A stretch of DNA of 59,110 bases, the filler included, from Sphacelaria rigidula (lineage: Eukaryota), in assembly GCA_964200075.2 (NCBI GenBank). It is 4 parts of 4 records of this genome, joined end to end, with 100 filler letters (N's around TTAATTAATTAA, not from the genome) between each part and the next. Parts side by side here need not be neighbours in the genome. Positions count along the whole stretch, not along the records: positions 44,410 to 59,110 come from CAXNAA020002087.1; 3 more parts are not named here. One strand, 5' to 3'. Shown one piece after another: positions 49,070 to 59,110 of this stretch; position 1 is the stretch's first letter; every line of letters starts with the position of its first letter. The translations under genes were made by a program, and so were the position numbers. The notes beneath the pieces are model-generated. The model saw only the letters and a program-made list of their open reading frames with translations, was not told where the DNA came from and searched no databases.

Positions 49070-50944
49070 CTCGCACACAAGAGCTGATCCAACCTGGCCC
49101 GGGAAGCCAAATGTTGGTGGGTAGCGATCGCACCGCTCCACAGGGCACCTCCTGATGAGCAAATCCATCATCACGCAAGTATAGTGCCTCGAGCATCTCG
49201 CTAACCTCCCGTCCGACTTCATTCCAAAGGAAGCTGGCATTTCGCACGAGCCGTGTTCGCATCGAGGTAGCTCATAATTGTCACCCCCCACCACCAGACT
49301 TTCTACAGCACGCACTCCTGGATCCTCCGCTTTCTCGTTCGCCGTAGTCGGAGAAGCACTCGGGTTGCCTTTTTGCTGTTTACGCGATTTGCTAGTGGCT
49401 GAGGGGCGGTTAATGGGGGACGATGCATGTTCCTGGTGTTGCCGATCATGTTGTCGCAGGCCACCACCTGCTGCATCGCCCGAGGATGCAGCCGTAGCAG
49501 GATGGGCACCAGCAATAGTTTTGCCGTGATTACCACCCGTGTTGACGCCACTGCTACTAGTATCATTGCCCACTTCGGCGCTGCTTCCAGTGCTGCTCCC
49601 TGCCGTCGCAGCGCGCTCCCCAGCAGCATCAACAAAAGCACCACTAACAAGTACATCGTGCGTCAACTCCCCTGCCCTATTCGAAAGCTTTCGTTTTCGC
49701 TTGCACGCAGCCAGATCGCTACTCCGAGGGGAAGCGGTGGCGGGAGGGGTGCCGGCAACGTCTGCAGCAGGAACTACTGCGGTGACCGCTGCTTGTCGGG
49801 CAGCATACGAGGGAACATCGGTTCGTAGATCGGCTTCAGTGTACCGTGACCCTGTGGCACCGTGTAGTTCGATCGCTGCCTGCGCCTGCGCCGCAGCGCT
49901 GGGATTACGCCATTTCCCAGGTGCAACTGTTGAAGCCGCACCACACTCTTCGCCTGTCGCCTGTGCGGCGGACACATACCGAGAATTGATAGAGTGAGCG
50001 GTGGCAGCCATGACAGATGCAACATCACGCGAAAAAGCCGTAGGTTCACCCTTAAGAGTCGCTGCTGCGAAGTGAAAGGGCTTGCTCGACGATGAACGTT
50101 CATTAGGACCGCCCGCTTCGTGTTGGGAAGAAGGGGAAGAAGGCGGCGAAGGAGAAGCGACGTGGTACAGGAACTGCTGCTGTTTCGATGGATTGCTACC
50201 GCTTCTTAGATTGCGCGATTTCGTCTCGCGTAGCAGCGTGTCCTGCATGGTGCTACTCTTGGCCATACGCGCTGCCATCTCCGGGCACCCATCCGCCGCA
50301 GCCAGCGCGTACAAAGCCACCTCCCACCCAATCACACTTCCCTTCCTTGCAAAATTCCTATTCTCGTTCCTGCCAGCGTCACCCCCCCCTTTCCTCCCGT
50401 CGCAGCCTGCTTCTACCGCTGCTAATGATGATAGTGGTGGTGATGGTGATGATATACTCATGGTGGTGGACGCCGCCTGGCTACGATCACGGTGTCCATC
50501 GCGCATCATCGCTGCTCCCGAAGTGACGACTCTATCTCCGTGTTGCTGGGGACGGTTTCCCTGAAATACTGCATTTTCGCGATTTTGGTGCATAAGATGA
50601 TCGTCGGCCTCTTCGCTGAGGGATCGCCCCGGCGATGGGGAATCGGCGTCTGCGCCGTTGCCTCTCATCATGGCTGGCCTGGCACTGGACATCATCTCTT
50701 TCCGTCGGCTTCTGGACTCCGTCTCCAACCTGTGGAAGCAAATTTTGGTGTTGGTACTGTAGTGGTTTGCAGCAGACTCTGGTCGATCCGCAGTGGTGGC
50801 CAGGGGCGGCTTCTTGGATTCCTGGAATCCAACCTTTAGAGGGAGGGTGGTGTTTTGTACCACCGCACCACAGTACAGTGTTTCGTAGCTGACGGTAGGG
50901 TGCCCCACGAACGGTTTGCAGATAGCGAGTGTTGACGAGCGAAG
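49070..50944 (-). CDS. EsV-1-7 repeat (Cys/His-rich) protein, large exon with a long low-complexity N-terminal region
   Basis: 625-codon open exon (ttcag| at 50944, or first ATG 50695; donor GAG|gtgaga at 49070) ending CEHGSCEMPASFGMKSDGRLARCSRHYTCVMMDLLIRRCPVERCDRYPPTFGFPGQVGSALVCE, which fits the C-x4-C-x3-xSFG...C-x2-H...MxD EsV-1-7 pattern; contains KRKRK. Confidence 0.82.
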
Positions 50945-52079
50945 CTGAAAGAGGGAACGAATAAGTGCTACTCGACCTAGTTGAGCCTGGGTGCGGCGCT
51001 TGCCTTGTCTCGTTTAGTGTGGACGCAAGAGAAACTGTGCCATTAGCAGTGGCTTTTCCTCTGTCTCAACAGCGTTTCTAGTGGTTTCTAGTTACTGTCT
51101 GTAGTTCTACAACTTCATGTTTGATACATCCAGAGAAGGTGGTCGGTAGTCCCCTTTATATTCATCAATGCATGTCATGTCCCATCGCGAAACCGCATCA
51201 CTTTCGCCTGGCAGCCTGCGCCGTATTTCGTTTTGGTCTGGTTGGCAGCACAAAAGAAAAGAGTCGAGATGGCACGCGCACACAGTGAGTCAGGCTAAGT
51301 ATGTACATTCAATGTTGCTTGCAGTCCCCTTATAGAACCGCCAGATTGTTGTAATTGATGAACACCGCAAGGAGACTTCGTCTTCGCGAATGAATAGTCG
51401 CTACCCAGTAGAAGTGCAACTACCGACTACTACACTACAGTACAGACAGCACAAAGGACATATGCATACCCTTTACTGTACAATCATAGTACAACTACAA
51501 AAGTCAGATTATCTCGCAGGTTTCTACACCTTGCGAGGCCATTACGTGGATCCATTCACGGCATCTTCTCACCGAAGCCACCGACAGACAGTAAGAGTAT
51601 AACATGGGCATCCAACGTGCGTGCGACCCTTGAAATCAGTACACTACCCCTCGTTGTACTGCAGCACAAACGAAACGAGATCGTAGGGTAGACCATTGTT
51701 CTTCAGTTGAGGTCAATGAGCGCCGGATGGTGGAAATCATGCCAGCTGCTGTACGAATCTTCGCCCCGCATCCAACGGCTGGGTCAGGTGAGCATCCTGG
51801 TACTGTACTTAGCGGTACTGTGCTGCCGTAGTGTACCTTGAGTGCACTACTGTCCTGTCCTGTGATGTTCTGTTCCATCCTCTCCTAAGCGTATGTCTAG
51901 CGTACGGCACTATATACTCTTTGCGTTTGGCCTTTACTGATCGTTCAGAGCCAGCTCACTTCGCAACGACTGAGGTGCGAGCTTGCAATACGCTGACCAA
52001 CCTTGCCTCGCAGATCATTTTCAATGTGAACGTAGACAGGAAGGTCAGCAAGAATATATAGGTGAACAAAGTTCAACAC

Positions 52080-52188
52080 TTAACCCTTTGGCCGCCAAAT
52101 CAGGGCATTCGTTGTATCGGCACCACTTTCAGGTGAAAAATAAGTGCGTGATCCAGATGACCTACCCTCTGGCGATCAAAAGGTTAGC
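52080..52188 (+). mobile_element. ~110-bp piggyBac-like MITE copy
   Basis: ttaaccctttggccgcca...gatccagatgacctaccctctggcgatcaaaaggtta. Confidence 0.55.
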
Positions 52189-53464
52189 CCTACGATCGCG
52201 GGCCTCGTTTCGGTACAATATTTTCGAAGGAAAGTCCCGCGGATGAAGCAGGAAGTGCTCATCATGTCGTGATATAATGTTTGAAACATCGTTTAAGTAC
52301 AGTGCAATTTTGTACTATCTGCAGATGATGTAAAAATTGGCTGCTTGTATATAACGTATGTTACAACTCAACAGTGGTTCGTCATGGCTATTCTTGATCT
52401 AAGTTGCGCAGTACTGTCATCCAGCACTCGCACACAAGCCGGCGGCTGACGGGCACCAGACGGGCAGGGGAAATGCGATGTTGAACGTGCGTTGTGCGTA
52501 GTGACCCTTTTGGTCGATGTGGCATTTGCCTCCGGATGCCCATCTGGCCTGTTCAAATAGAAAGTAAAACATCCACATTCTGTACTTCCGTACTACGCAC
52601 TTACTCCCAATAGCACCCCCTCCGCTCGCGTAATATACCTTTTCATGGTGGGAAAAGCTATCGGTTTTCACATTATTTCATATGTCGTCCATCTATAATC
52701 CACTCGATGGATCCGGCGGCAAAATGATTAACACACGGTCGATAGGATGATGCTTGGGATGAACCCTTTTGGGGTCGAGGCTAACACCATGTACGCCATC
52801 ATGGTGTATACGTCGATGTGTGTGTGTGTGTGTGTGTATGTTCGGCCAATGCTCAACTGATCACATCTGCAGCACGCGGGAGATCAACCGGTCAGCGACC
52901 AAAAATGTAGCTCCCTTTTTTGTTTCACATTCTTCGAAAGCGTGCCCAGCCCCGAAAACCCAGCCTCTGATCTATATTAGTCCCACTATGTTTGGAGGAT
53001 GATCACACTCTGCAATCGTAGATTACCCCAAGCAGGCTGTTTGGACGCTGAGACGAGTTCGCATATTTGCCACTTTGATCGATAGGATTACAGCGCGAGA
53101 CGGTGGGACATTTTCCTGCCTACATGTCGCAAAACGCAGAAGCTGCTCGAGGTCGCCCCCCCTTCCCCGAAACCCAACACCACATGATATCCCTCTAGGG
53201 CAGCAGGGGTTTGGGAGGAGGACGAGCTCACCGCTGCGGTTTCATGAGCGTTGCTTGTGTGAGTGTCAACTTGATGTGCCCGTCCGGTTTAGTTGGTCGT
53301 GGGGATGACGAGAAGTCCTTCGCAAACCTTGATCACATAATAAAAATACCACCCACCACCCACACCTGCACGCACCGCCCCCTGCAGCACGTACATCCCT
53401 ACCAAAGACGCCACGCCGTTTAGCTGTTTCACGGTAGCTGTGTGTACTGATCACATGCATAGGG

Positions 53465-53836
53465 TGTGTGTGTTCTCATTCTATCTATTCTGGACGCCAA
53501 TCTACACCTTTCGGTATGTATAGGCGCACCAGCCGGGGTCACACAAGCGAAAGGCGAACACAGGAGTTTTTTATTTTTTATTTTTTATAGTTCTCCACCT
53601 TCCTTCTGCGGTGCTGGCCTTATTTTTGTATCGCGAGAAGGGTTCAGCGGTATCCTTCCCTCGTCGACCGTTAGCTCGAATTTTGTGTACTGTACGCACG
53701 ACATCGTCGGTCTCCACTGACTGTTCGGCATTGTGTGAGAAAAAATCCCAGATCGTGGGACTCCACCTAGATTCGAACCCACGACCCAACCGTCAGAAGG
53801 TTTCGAGCTTACCAACTGAGCCGCCGGGGCAACCGC
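53465..53836 (-). mobile_element. SINE family 1, full-length copy with the best-preserved tRNA(Gln)-like head
   Basis: Minus strand gccccggcggctcagttggtaagctcgaaaccttctgacggttgggtcgtgggttcgaatctaggtggagtcc followed by the family body. Confidence 0.78.
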
Positions 53837-54506
53837 CATATTATCCTGTTGTCACGATCAAGACGATATTCGAATGATCGTGTTGATCAGATGATCTTGC
53901 AGCAACAACAGCCCCTTGCTGTGTGCACAAACAGCTTACTGCCCCGGTTGCAGTAATTGGGAACAAGTAGTGAGTCTTTATTATTACTGCCCGCACATTG
54001 GAAATTGGGTAAAGAGAGGTGAGGGAGACGAGTGAAGGAGTAGGGCGTAGAGAGCACTACCCTGTCACGACTGCCTTCGATCCATCATCTACTGTGTCGC
54101 AAGATCTGCTATACACTTCCCAAAATATAGGAACTCGGAACAATTTGCCTTTCTCCAATCACAAGGAACGTTCTCAGTCACCTTGCCAGATCGATTGAAT
54201 ACCCCGCAATTTCCTCGCTAATGCTTCCGGCTTCTGTTCGTAGGTCAATTATATTGAACAGACGACCGTGCCGCACTCTTTTTTATTCTTTCATGTTGGC
54301 AAATTTTCAATCCCTCATCCCTTCCCTCCCTCGGGGCGATTCCGTGCTTTCAAGGGTTCAACCCAGTTCTCCCCTGACTGCGTGGTTTTAACTCTACTGT
54401 CCTGAGACGGCAATACACTCTGCGGAGTTATGGTATTATTTAGGTGCTCTCTGATAGACAGTATACACCATGTACCATGTACCCCGTGATTGTGGGGTGC
54501 GGGGGT

Positions 54507-54507
<1 letters not shown>

Positions 54508-54552
<45 letters not shown>

Positions 54553-54800
54553 ACAAGGGGAAGACAAAAGGAAAAAAAAATACGAACAACTTGCCTTCAA
54601 AGGTCTGCTTGGAGTCGAGGGACTTCACGTCAATTTTGAGTCAGAGATCCGGTCTCCAACTCTCGAAGGCGTTTATGCTATATTGCGAACGTCAGTGTTC
54701 ATCTTCTTCCCGTCTGCGTATAACTTGACGATGCCCAAAGTTGAAACACCCTGGACATGAAGGTTGCCCTTGTGCTCGCCCCGCTCGAGGCTAGCCGATC
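54508..54800 (-). mobile_element. LINE-like 3' end with (AAC)n tail
   Basis: VKSLDSKQTFEGKL-like C-terminus, then ttgtcttccccttgtt and an (AAC)n run. Confidence 0.45.
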
Positions 54801-54989
54801 CGCGCATGACCTTCTTCTGCACTTAGTGTTGTGCTCCCATTTTCCAAAACATAGCATTCCAACCCCAACCAATCCCAACCCCAACCCGAGACCCAGACAT
54901 TCCAAAATGCTAATATACTTTTCTCCAAAAGGCAATAATCCAACCCCAACTCAACCCCGACCCAACCTAATAGTTATTTTTCATTTATT

Positions 54990-55438
54990 GATATCGACAT
55001 ACTGTGCATCCTCACATGTGGCTTCGGAGCCATCACATCTTCATATGCCGATACCTTCCCAGCAATAATTTTCCATGAAACTGCCTTCCCAACCACTACC
55101 ATACTTGCAGATGATCACCCATAAATACCACATAAACAGAACGGTGCGCCCGTTCTAAACAAAATGGTGCGCCCGCCTGGCCATACAACCGCCCCTTCTT
55201 GACGACCTACAGTATGTTATGGTACGGTGGCAGTAACTATCTGCTACTGGATGTCGAAAACCATCTGTATCATGTCGAAATGTTGTAAGGTGAAAAGGGT
55301 TATCTAATAAACGGTACGTATGCTGTAAACGGCACCGCGTGTGCGTTGCGCAATTTGTGGTTCGCGACCTCCTTCCTCCCCCCCCGCATCGCATCACGCC
55401 TGCCCTCGCCGCCATCTCATGTGGAAATGTGGTGAGCT
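54990..55438 (+). repeat. ~450-bp repeat, inverted partner of 57883-58316
   Basis: Long colinear reverse-complement match (e.g. cacatgtggcttcggagccatcacatcttcatatgccgataccttcccagcaat). Confidence 0.9.
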
Positions 55439-55440
55439 GT

Positions 55441-55708
55441 GGAGCAATGCTACGGTAGGGTTGCACTTTTTTGCGCGAAATAAAATAAATCTTGTCTGGT
55501 TCAGGGGCTCCTAAAGAGCCTACATGCACAAGAACGTGGGTAAGGGCACCCCCGTTTGAAAATTTATTCGGGATATCCCTAGCACATTGGAATAGTAATC
55601 CTGGCGTACTCTCACATATTTCATTAGTCGTGTTTTGGATGAGATATAGTGCTCCTAACAATTCCTGGCTCGGAAAATGTTTGTGCACCACTACCGTAGC
55701 ATCCCTCT
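55441..55708. mobile_element. Small TIR element (MITE)
   Basis: gagcaatgctacggtagggttgcac vs gtgcaccactaccgtagcatccctc; the same left end occurs at 44234-44300. Confidence 0.6.
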
Positions 55709-56154
55709 CTGCTGTTGTAGTGATGATTATTTCTACCTCGAAAAATTTGATCGAAAAAGAAAAATAATGATGTGCTAAGACACGGCCTAAGACACGCCCT
55801 CACCAAATTATTTTGCTGTTGAACTAGTTAGCGCGGCGGACTTGAAATCGTCCGTTGTACACGGTGTGGGCCCGAGCGGTAGAGCGCAATTTCCGTCGAA
55901 AAGACGGAGGAATTCGTGAAGCGGTACTTTTTCAGTTGTATTCGATACAGAAAGCACGGTGCTGTCTGCACTCTCTGCACAATGTGTGTTTAGTATGCAG
56001 TAGAATGAGTGCGAAGAAGGGGGGCAATGTGCAGTACAGACAAAACAGGACTGTCCATACTCTCTGCATACAGGAGGATGTGAGACGATTTGGAGAGCGT
56101 GAAGTTTTTGTACTGCCTGTACTGTCCATAAGCGTGTATCGTCCTGTGATTTTG

Positions 56155-56189
<35 letters not shown>

Positions 56190-57557
56190 TTTCCTTCTTT
56201 GTTTTTTTGAACAAGGGGAAGACAATAGCATACTACGAGTGTAATAAGTAAATAATACATAGTATTAATTAATTAATTAATTAACTAATTAAAGATTGTT
56301 TGAGGATGGATGGTTGGATGGTTGAGGATGGATGGTTGGTTTTTTGAGGATGGATGATTTTAGTTTTTGAACAAGGGAAAGACAATAATTGAAAACTCAT
56401 TGAATAATTAGACACTTTGAGGAAAATCAGACCAGCGGCCGATAAAAATATTGGAAAAAAAGAAGAATGAACATACCAGGGATCGTTCGCAGAACGGGAC
56501 CGCAGGTCAAAACCTGACCAGCGGTTGCGACCAGATTGGTACGAAAACGAACAAGTCCACAGTGGGGAGTAACAAGGACGGAAGTAAACGCGGAGATGTT
56601 TCCAGGGCAAGTGGCGCAGCCGACTTGCAACCCGCGTCGAAAACAAACGCAAACAACGGAAGACCCATCGAACCTCTGATCGATGATCGCAAATGAAATC
56701 AATAAGTACATGAAAGAGGAATGGAAAGATCAGCGCCGGGAGGACCCAGCAAGATGGACGTATGACGCCATCAACCCCTTGTGTTACGTTCTTGATATAT
56801 CCTCGTGCCTTGAGCTTTCCCTTGGTGGCAAAACCGTTCTCTACCACTACGCAGGCGGCCCGGCCCGACCAGGGAAGTTTATGGGTGTTAATGCGGCCGA
56901 CACATACATATATATACGGGAGAGAGTGTGGTGATGTGTAGGAATGGTAGCTGTCGGCTATGTTGGGGGCGTGATGAGGAATGAAAGAATGGGGACGGGG
57001 TTGTGAAGTGATGAGCCACGTGCGGTTTGATGGGAGATCATCGGCCAGTTATCCGCACATGGAGATAACATGGTGGCGACGCAACGTGTGGCAAGGCACT
57101 GCATGTCGGACGGTCCGTTGATCGCAAGCGGTAAGGCCAAGAGGTACATGTAATCGCAGTAAGCATGTGCGGACTTGTGTCCCAATCGGTACACGTGATG
57201 GTTGGCGGCGGCGTTTGGAGGGAGGGAAGGTGGCGTGGGATGGGTAGAGGGGGGCGAGGGCGCCAACCACAAAGGTGTAAATGGGAGAATCACGGACACT
57301 TGTCGCCTATGTTATGTCGAAATGTGGTACGGTGGAAAACATTATCACATAAACGGTGCATCATAAGAACAGAACGGTGTCTAATGAAACGAAACGGTAC
57401 GCTCGTTAGGCCATTCAACCGCACCTTATTTACCACCAGTGTCATATTTCGTACGGTGGCAATCATTACATGTTATGTCGAAATGTGGTCAGGTGGGAAG
57501 AACTATGAAATAAACGGTACGTATGCGGGTTCTGAAGATCGAGCGAATGTGACGGAT

Positions 57558-57574
57558 ATAATAATAATAATAAC

Positions 57575-57628
<54 letters not shown>

Positions 57629-57772
57629 AATAATAATGATGATGATGATGATGATGATGATGATAATAGTAATAATAATAGTAATAATAAGAATAAGAAT
57701 AAGAATAATAAGAATATTAATAGTAAGAATAAGAATAAGAATAAGAATAATAATAATAATAATAATAATAAT
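57558..57772. repeat. (AAT/GAT/AAGAAT)n compound microsatellite
   Basis: Direct reading. Confidence 0.95.
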
Positions 57773-57882
57773 GCCATGGACAAAACGATCTCATGAACAG
57801 TAGGCCAAACAACCGCACCTTCTCTACGGCCTATGAAATGTGGAAATGCGTCAAGGTAGAAATCATTATCATCACATCAGCA

Positions 57883-58316
57883 GAGCTCACCACATTTCCA
57901 CATGAGATGGCGGCGAGGGCAGGCGTGATGCGATGCGGGGGCGGAGGAAGGAGGTCGCGAACCACACGCGAACCACAAACTGCGTAACGCGCACGCGGTG
58001 CCGTTTATGGCATACGTACCGTGTATTAGATAACCCTCTCCACCTTACAATATTTCGACATGATACAGATAATTTTCGACATTCAGTAGCAGATAGTTAC
58101 TGCCACCGTACCATAACATACTGTAGGTCGTCAAGAAGGGGCGGTTGTATGGCCAGACGGGCGCACCGTTCTGTTTATGTTGTATTGATGTGCGATTATC
58201 TGCAAGTATGGTAGTGGCTGGGAAGACGGTTTTATGGGAAATTGCTGGGAAGGTATCGGCATATGAAGATGTGATGGCTCCGAAGCCACATGTGGGGATG
58301 CACAGTATGTCGAATC
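57883..58316 (-). repeat. ~450-bp repeat, inverted partner of 54990-55438
   Basis: Colinear reverse-complement match to 54990-55438. Confidence 0.9.
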
Positions 58317-58870
58317 GGTACAAGTGTTGCAGTACACTGCATGTTGGATTACCACTTCATTGCAAGTAGCCGTGGGAAGGACGTGGTTGGGGTCTAAGGG
58401 GCATCACGCGAGGAAGAATTTGTGTTAGCGACGAGAGATTACCGGAGGAAAGAATGGACCGCAACCTCGGAGGGCGATACGGTATGTGCTCGTTATTCCC
58501 ACCTTACTCTATTTCGATGCCACCTCACCACATTCGTACGTGGCGTAGCCGGTAAAGAAGGTGCGTTGTATTAGGTCGATCACAGTGGAGGATACTTTGA
58601 CGTACGTCTCAGTAACGCATGTCCGACAGTTTGGAACACCAATTAATTTGAAAACAGAGTTTTCAGGACGAGGGGACGGCAACATATATATGTCGCCGGC
58701 AGCGGGTTATGAATGAAGATATCTTATTCAAGAAATAAAACACTAGTACAACTCGGTTGCCGCCTGAAATCGCGGTGATAGAATTCACAGGTAATCGCAG
58801 GTGCTGTCTAACCGGTGTTACAGCGACGTCTTGACTTCCGTTTTTCTGATGGCTGTGACGGTTTAAAGGT

Positions 58871-58970
58871 GTGACGGTTTAAGAGACAACCAACTAGACT
58901 AATGACCAGTCAGCGCAGGCGCCTGCGCTGACTGGTCATTAGTCTAGTTGGTTGTCTCTTAGACCGTCAC
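58871..58970. repeat. 100-bp near-perfect loop-less palindrome
   Basis: 50-bp arms, 49/50 complementary; the single mismatch would be a G-U pair in RNA. Confidence 0.95.
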
Positions 58971-59110
58971 AAAAGTTAGTCGTGGGGGTTCGATCCCCGT
59001 CACTTTCACTCCGAGGAGGGCGACTGCCCTTGCCAGCGCGCCATCGACTGTCATCAGGACCCTCTAGTGTTGTCCCTTTTCACCGTAACCTTGAGTTACT
59101 CCTCTCCCCC

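Noticed and set aside
42271..50944. Apparent EsV-1-7-kinase fusion gene (both minus strand, phase-0 compatible at 49070 and 43408)
   Set aside because: The join crosses an artificial spacer between size-sorted unplaced scaffolds, so the adjacency is almost certainly coincidental.
53755..53830. Functional tRNA genes (also at 27898, 43812, 45500 and 58934)
   Set aside because: Acceptor stems do not pair, and most heads are attached to a shared repeat body; these are SINE heads.
56264..56292. (TTAA)n run resembling the scaffold linker
   Set aside because: Not flanked by Ns and imperfect; most likely a natural microsatellite.
57165..57803. 212-aa ORF with poly-I/M (and similar ORFs at 35939-36615 and 54440-54728)
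   Set aside because: These are translations of microsatellites.

Overview
Repeat-rich eukaryotic DNA, most likely from a brown alga (inferred from an EsV-1-7-type Cys/His repeat gene, kb-long GT-AG introns and the repeat content). It is not one locus. Three identical 100-nt spacers (44 N + TTAATTAATTAA + 44 N) divide it into four pieces of 14704, 14703, 14702 and 14701 bp, which looks like size-sorted unplaced scaffolds, so adjacency across spacers has no biological meaning. Scaffold 1 (1-14704): foldback elements, a 1.53-kb TIR element, LINE 3' ends and a heavily decayed minus-strand KDZ-like transposase. Scaffold 2 (14805-29507): the first three coding exons of a coiled-coil + WD40 gene (+); its introns hold an AGCT-rich hAT-type element with an exact 8-bp TSD, a Copia remnant and a SINE. 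Scaffold 3 (29608-44309): a multi-exon non-RD (HAD) Ser/Thr kinase (-) reconstructed by hand, with possible lesions. Scaffold 4 (44410-59110): a large exon ending in EsV-1-7 repeats (-), a Copia remnant, tRNA-derived SINEs, a ~450-bp inverted repeat pair and a 100-bp loop-less palindrome over a tRNA-like head. No CRISPR array, rRNA or intact tRNA is supported. Most ORFs in the supplied track are spurious. All family assignments are by eye; no database searches were run.
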